DNA of 20,203 nucleotides from a virus: UHGV virus genome UHGV-1356910; one strand, 5' to 3'. Shown piece by piece: positions 17,197 to 20,203 of this stretch (position 1 is its first letter; each line of letters starts with the position of its first letter). The notes under the pieces were generated by a model. It saw only the letters and a program-made list of their open reading frames with translations, ran no database searches and was not told where the DNA came from. The position numbers and the translations under genes were made by a program.

Positions 17197-17837
17197 TTGT
17201 CGGTATACCTCTCTCGTTTGCTCAGTTGTTCAGGAATATGGTGCAGCAGCTCGCCATCACCACAGTAAATGGCGGCATGATTCGGCACCGATGAACCAAA
17301 ACAGCACAGCAGCACATCGCCCGGTTGTGCTGATGACAACGGCACCTGATACAGCCCTGTGGCCTCCAGATTATCCAGATAGAGATTCTGACCGTGACGC
17401 CACCAGTCATCCTCGCGATGAAAATCCGGCATCTCAATCCCCGCCAGATGATAAGCATCCCGGAACAGCGTGTAACAGTCCGTCACCCCGTGCTCAAAGC
17501 GCCGCCCGGTGAGATGCGGCACACAGCGGAACTTATGAATCGTCCCCCGGCAGACCAGCCACCACGGCAAATCACTCTGCACCTGCAGCCGCCGGTCGGC
17601 CTCACTCAGCCAGGGCAGACCACCGGGGTGGCTGTGGACCAGCGCCACAATCTCACCCTGCATTTCTGCCTGCAGCCAGTCTTCCGGCGACATACGGAAA
17701 TACGCCTCCGGCTCACCGGAGATATTCACGCAGGGGAAATATCTTTCCCCCTCCGGCGTGCTTACCACGAAGCCGCACGACTCCGCTGGCGCACATCGCC
17801 GGGCGTGCGCCAGAATCGCTGATTCTGTCTGTGTCAT
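17094..17837 (-). CDS. K: Tail tip assembly protein K (MPN/JAMM plus NlpC/P60 domains)
   Basis: JAMM-like HSHPGG...SEAD motif and NlpC/P60-like Cys context (VTDCYTLF); near-identical to lambda gpK as recalled. Lambda K is annotated with a later start; the full ORF is reported here. Confidence 0.9.
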   Translation of the reverse strand: MTQTESAILAHARRCAPAESCGFVVSTPEGERYFPCVNISGEPEAYFRMSPEDWLQAEMQGEIVALVHSHPGGLPWLSEADRRLQVQSDLPWWLVCRGTIHKFRCVPHLTGRRFEHGVTDCYTLFRDAYHLAGIEMPDFHREDDWWRHGQNLYLDNLEATGLYQVPLSSAQPGDVLLCCFGSSVPNHAAIYCGDGELLHHIPEQLSKRERYTDKWQRRTHSLWRHRAWHASAFTGIYNDLAAASIFV

Positions 17838-17842
17838 GGGAT

Positions 17843-18541
17843 TTACTGCGAAAGTTTGTTAATGGAAAGGAAGCCGCCAAAGTTGCCGACGTTATTGCGG
17901 AACTTACAACCGCTCAGGCATTTGCTGCATTTATCCTTCGTGATATCGGACGTTGGCTGGTCATATTCATCCGCGACCGCCGGACCGTGATAACCGCACT
18001 CATCGCCGCGATAGGTCCAGGTGCAGGTGTTGGCCAGCATGATACGTCCCGGAAAAACAGCGCCGTCCGTTTCCGTCGGCGTGGACAGTACAAAAGAGGC
18101 ACTCACCGCGCTCAGTTCGCTGCACTGCTCAATGCGCCAGCGGCTGATCACCTCCTGCTCCGGATCGGCGTCACTGTTTCCGTTGACGAAGTTCACCGCA
18201 TCCAGAAAACGGGCGTAAACCTTACGCCGGACCACCGTTCCACCGACCAGACTCTGCAGATCTTCCGCCATCCCGGTGACCATACCGTACAGGTTAGAAA
18301 CCGTCAGCGTGGGGCGCGTACTGGTGCCTTTGCCATTCAGTTCAAAACCACTCCCCTGAATGGGATACGGCTGATACTGTCGCCCCTGCCAGGTGACCGG
18401 CTCACCTTTTTCGTTCTGCTCATTACAGAAAAAATAACGTTCTCCACCGACCTCTGTCAGATCGATTTCCCAGAGCACCACGCTGGCCGACTGCTCCGCA
18501 CGGGTGCATTCATTCAGTGTTTCCTGCCGGATATCCTGCAT
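17843..18541 (-). CDS. L: Tail tip protein L
   Basis: 232 aa starting MQDIRQETLNECTRAEQSASVVLWEIDLTEVGGERYFFCNE, lambda gpL-like. Start overlaps the M stop. Confidence 0.92.
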   Translation of the reverse strand: MQDIRQETLNECTRAEQSASVVLWEIDLTEVGGERYFFCNEQNEKGEPVTWQGRQYQPYPIQGSGFELNGKGTSTRPTLTVSNLYGMVTGMAEDLQSLVGGTVVRRKVYARFLDAVNFVNGNSDADPEQEVISRWRIEQCSELSAVSASFVLSTPTETDGAVFPGRIMLANTCTWTYRGDECGYHGPAVADEYDQPTSDITKDKCSKCLSGCKFRNNVGNFGGFLSINKLSQ

Positions 18542-18870
18542 CAGTTCACCACCTGTTCAAACTCTGCGCTGAACTCAACACGCAGCATACTGACCCGCGA
18601 CGACCATTTTGCGCAGGTCACCTTTATCTGCCGCCACTCATAAGGCGGCGTCCACAGAAAGGATTTCCAGCCCCCGTGCTCAGCCAGAAACGACTCAAGC
18701 GCCGTGGCCTCCCAACGGGGAACAGAAAGCGTCACGCTGTACGTTTTCAGGTCGGCATTCAGCCCGGCAGGCGCTCGCTGGGAATAGCCATCACCAAAGC
18801 GCACCTTTCTTACGGAAGGGGCCGAAGCCACATCCATACCGGGTTTCACTTTCCAGCGGAAGGTTTTCAT
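18541..18870 (-). CDS. M: Tail tip protein M
   Basis: 109 aa starting MKTFRWKVKPGMDVASAPSVRKVRFGDGYSQRA, lambda gpM-like. Start overlaps the H stop. Confidence 0.92.
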   Translation of the reverse strand: MKTFRWKVKPGMDVASAPSVRKVRFGDGYSQRAPAGLNADLKTYSVTLSVPRWEATALESFLAEHGGWKSFLWTPPYEWRQIKVTCAKWSSRVSMLRVEFSAEFEQVVN

Positions 18871-20203
18871 CGTCCACCTCCGGAGAACAGACCACCATCG
18901 CGCATCTGCCCGGTCACAACATCCATTGCCGCCTTACGGGCTACGTCATAAACAGCCTTCAGTGCCTGTGGCCCTATCTGACCGTTCGTGCCGTCGTTGT
19001 TAATCACCACATGGTTATTCTGCTCAAACGTCCCGGACGCCTGCGACCGGCTGTCCGCCATACTGCCCGGTGTACCGACATAACCGCCGGTGGCATAGCC
19101 GCGCATCAGCCGGTAAAGATTTCCCACGCCAATCCGGCTGGTTGCCTCCTTCGTGAAGACAAATTCACCACGGTGAACAATCCCCGCTGGCTCATATTTG
19201 CCGCCGGTTCCCGTAAATCCTCCGGTTGCAAAATGGAATTTCGCCGCAGCGGCCTGAATGGCTGTACCGCCTGACGCGGATGCGCCGCCACCAACAGCCC
19301 CGCCAATGGCGCTGCCGATACTCCCGACAATCCCCACCATTGCCTGCTTAAGCAGAATTTCTGTCATCATGGACAGCACGGAACGGGTGAAGCTGCGCCA
19401 GTTCTGCTCACTGCCGGTCAGCATCGCCGCCATATTCTGTGCAATACCATCAAAGGTCTGCGTGGCTGCACTTTTTACCTGCGACATACTGTCCGTGGCG
19501 CTCTCTTCCCACTCACTCCAGCCGGACTTCAGGCCTGCCATCCAGCTCCCGCGAAGCTGGTCTTCAGCCGCCCAGGTCTTTTTCTGCTCTGACATGACGT
19601 TATTCAGCGCCAGAGGATTATCGCCATACTGTTCCTTCAGGCGCTGTTCTGTGGCTTCCCGTTCTGCCTGCCGGTCAGTCAGCCCCCGGCTTTTCGCATC
19701 AATGGCGGCCCGTTTTGCCCGTTGCTGCTGTGCGAATTTATCCGCCTGCTGCGCCAGCGCGTTCAGGCGCTCCTGATACGTAACCTTGTCGCCAAGTGCA
19801 GCCAGCTGGCGTTTGTACTCCAGCGTCTCATCTTTATGCGCCAGCAGGGATTTCTCCTGTGCAGACAGCTGGCGACGTTGCGCCGCCTCCTCCAGTACCG
19901 CGAACTGACTCTCCGCCTTCCACAAATCCCGGCGCTGCTGGCTGATTTTCTCATTTGCTCCGGCATGCTTCTCCAGCGTCCGGAGTTCAGCCTGAAGCGT
20001 CAGCAGGGCAGCATGAGCATTGTCTTCCTGACGATCGCCCGTAGACACCTTCACGCCGGACTGTTTCGGCTTTTTCAGCGTCGCTTCATAGTCCTTTTTC
20101 GCCGCCGCCATCAGCGTGTTGTAATCTGCCTGCAGAATTTTCCCGTCCTTCAGTGCCTTGTTCAGTTCTTCCTGACGGGCGGTATATTTCTCCAGCGGCG
20201 TCT
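18867..20203 (-). CDS. H: Tape measure protein H, C-terminal part (5' end beyond the window)
   Basis: Frame stays open from 20111 to the window edge (..TPLEKYTARQEELNKALKDGKILQADYNTLMAAAKKDYEATLKK..). C-terminus ..QMRDGGLFSGGGR is lambda gpH-like. Confidence 0.92.
   Translation of the reverse strand, partial: TPLEKYTARQEELNKALKDGKILQADYNTLMAAAKKDYEATLKKPKQSGVKVSTGDRQEDNAHAALLTLQAELRTLEKHAGANEKISQQRRDLWKAESQFAVLEEAAQRRQLSAQEKSLLAHKDETLEYKRQLAALGDKVTYQERLNALAQQADKFAQQQRAKRAAIDAKSRGLTDRQAEREATEQRLKEQYGDNPLALNNVMSEQKKTWAAEDQLRGSWMAGLKSGWSEWEESATDSMSQVKSAATQTFDGIAQNMAAMLTGSEQNWRSFTRSVLSMMTEILLKQAMVGIVGSIGSAIGGAVGGGASASGGTAIQAAAAKFHFATGGFTGTGGKYEPAGIVHRGEFVFTKEATSRIGVGNLYRLMRGYATGGYVGTPGSMADSRSQASGTFEQNNHVVINNDGTNGQIGPQALKAVYDVARKAAMDVVTGQMRDGGLFSGGGR

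Larger units (their letters stand above)
9501..20203 (-). mobile_element. Lambda-like tail morphogenesis module (H-M-L-K-I-J-stf plus accessory genes), truncated by the window edge
   Basis: Gene order, overlaps and protein sequences match phage lambda H, M, L, K, I and J as recalled from memory. Confidence 0.9.

Noticed and set aside
17147-19776. + strand ORFs antisense to the K, L, M and H genes (17147..17512, 17394..17822, 17831..18643, 18021..18218, 18517..18951, 18609..19274, 19258..19776) and - strand frames 17222..17458, 17914..18102, 19106..19330, 19763..19966
   Set aside because: Fully overlapped by near-lambda-identical tail genes; compositionally biased products; no independent support.
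1-20203. CRISPR arrays, rRNA genes or insertion sequences
   Set aside because: No regularly spaced short direct repeats, no rRNA-like sequence, and no transposase ORF or terminal inverted repeats were seen.

Overview
This window looks like a lambdoid phage/prophage region from Escherichia/Shigella, judged by OmpT and by lambda-like tail proteins recognised from memory; no database search was run. Three blocks are visible. (1) 1..2709, + strand: a tightly packed early-left operon (DUF551-like protein, small peptides, excisionase-like protein, tyrosine integrase), followed by an att-like region at 2710..2940 with four phased TGCCCCA repeats. (2) 2940..9500: a cargo block with a LexA-box-controlled dinI-like gene, a GNAT acetyltransferase, an XRE/cupin regulator, ompT, a signal-peptide alpha/beta-hydrolase, and a SAM-methyltransferase sitting between two tail-fibre-assembly (tfa) 3' remnants. 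(3) 9501..20203, - strand: a lambda-like tail module H(partial)-M-L-K-I-J-stf, with two uncharacterised small genes coupled downstream of stf. Both the integrase and the tail operon are transcribed toward the central cargo block, which is the phage-genome or tandem-prophage geometry rather than a single integrated prophage. The most notable anomalies are a perfect 643-bp tandem duplication at the I-J junction that creates a truncated J copy, a ~38-bp hairpin direct repeat flanking about 6.1 kb of cargo, and the stf-orf92-orf97 operon occupying the usual tfa position. No CRISPR array, rRNA or convincing tRNA gene was found.
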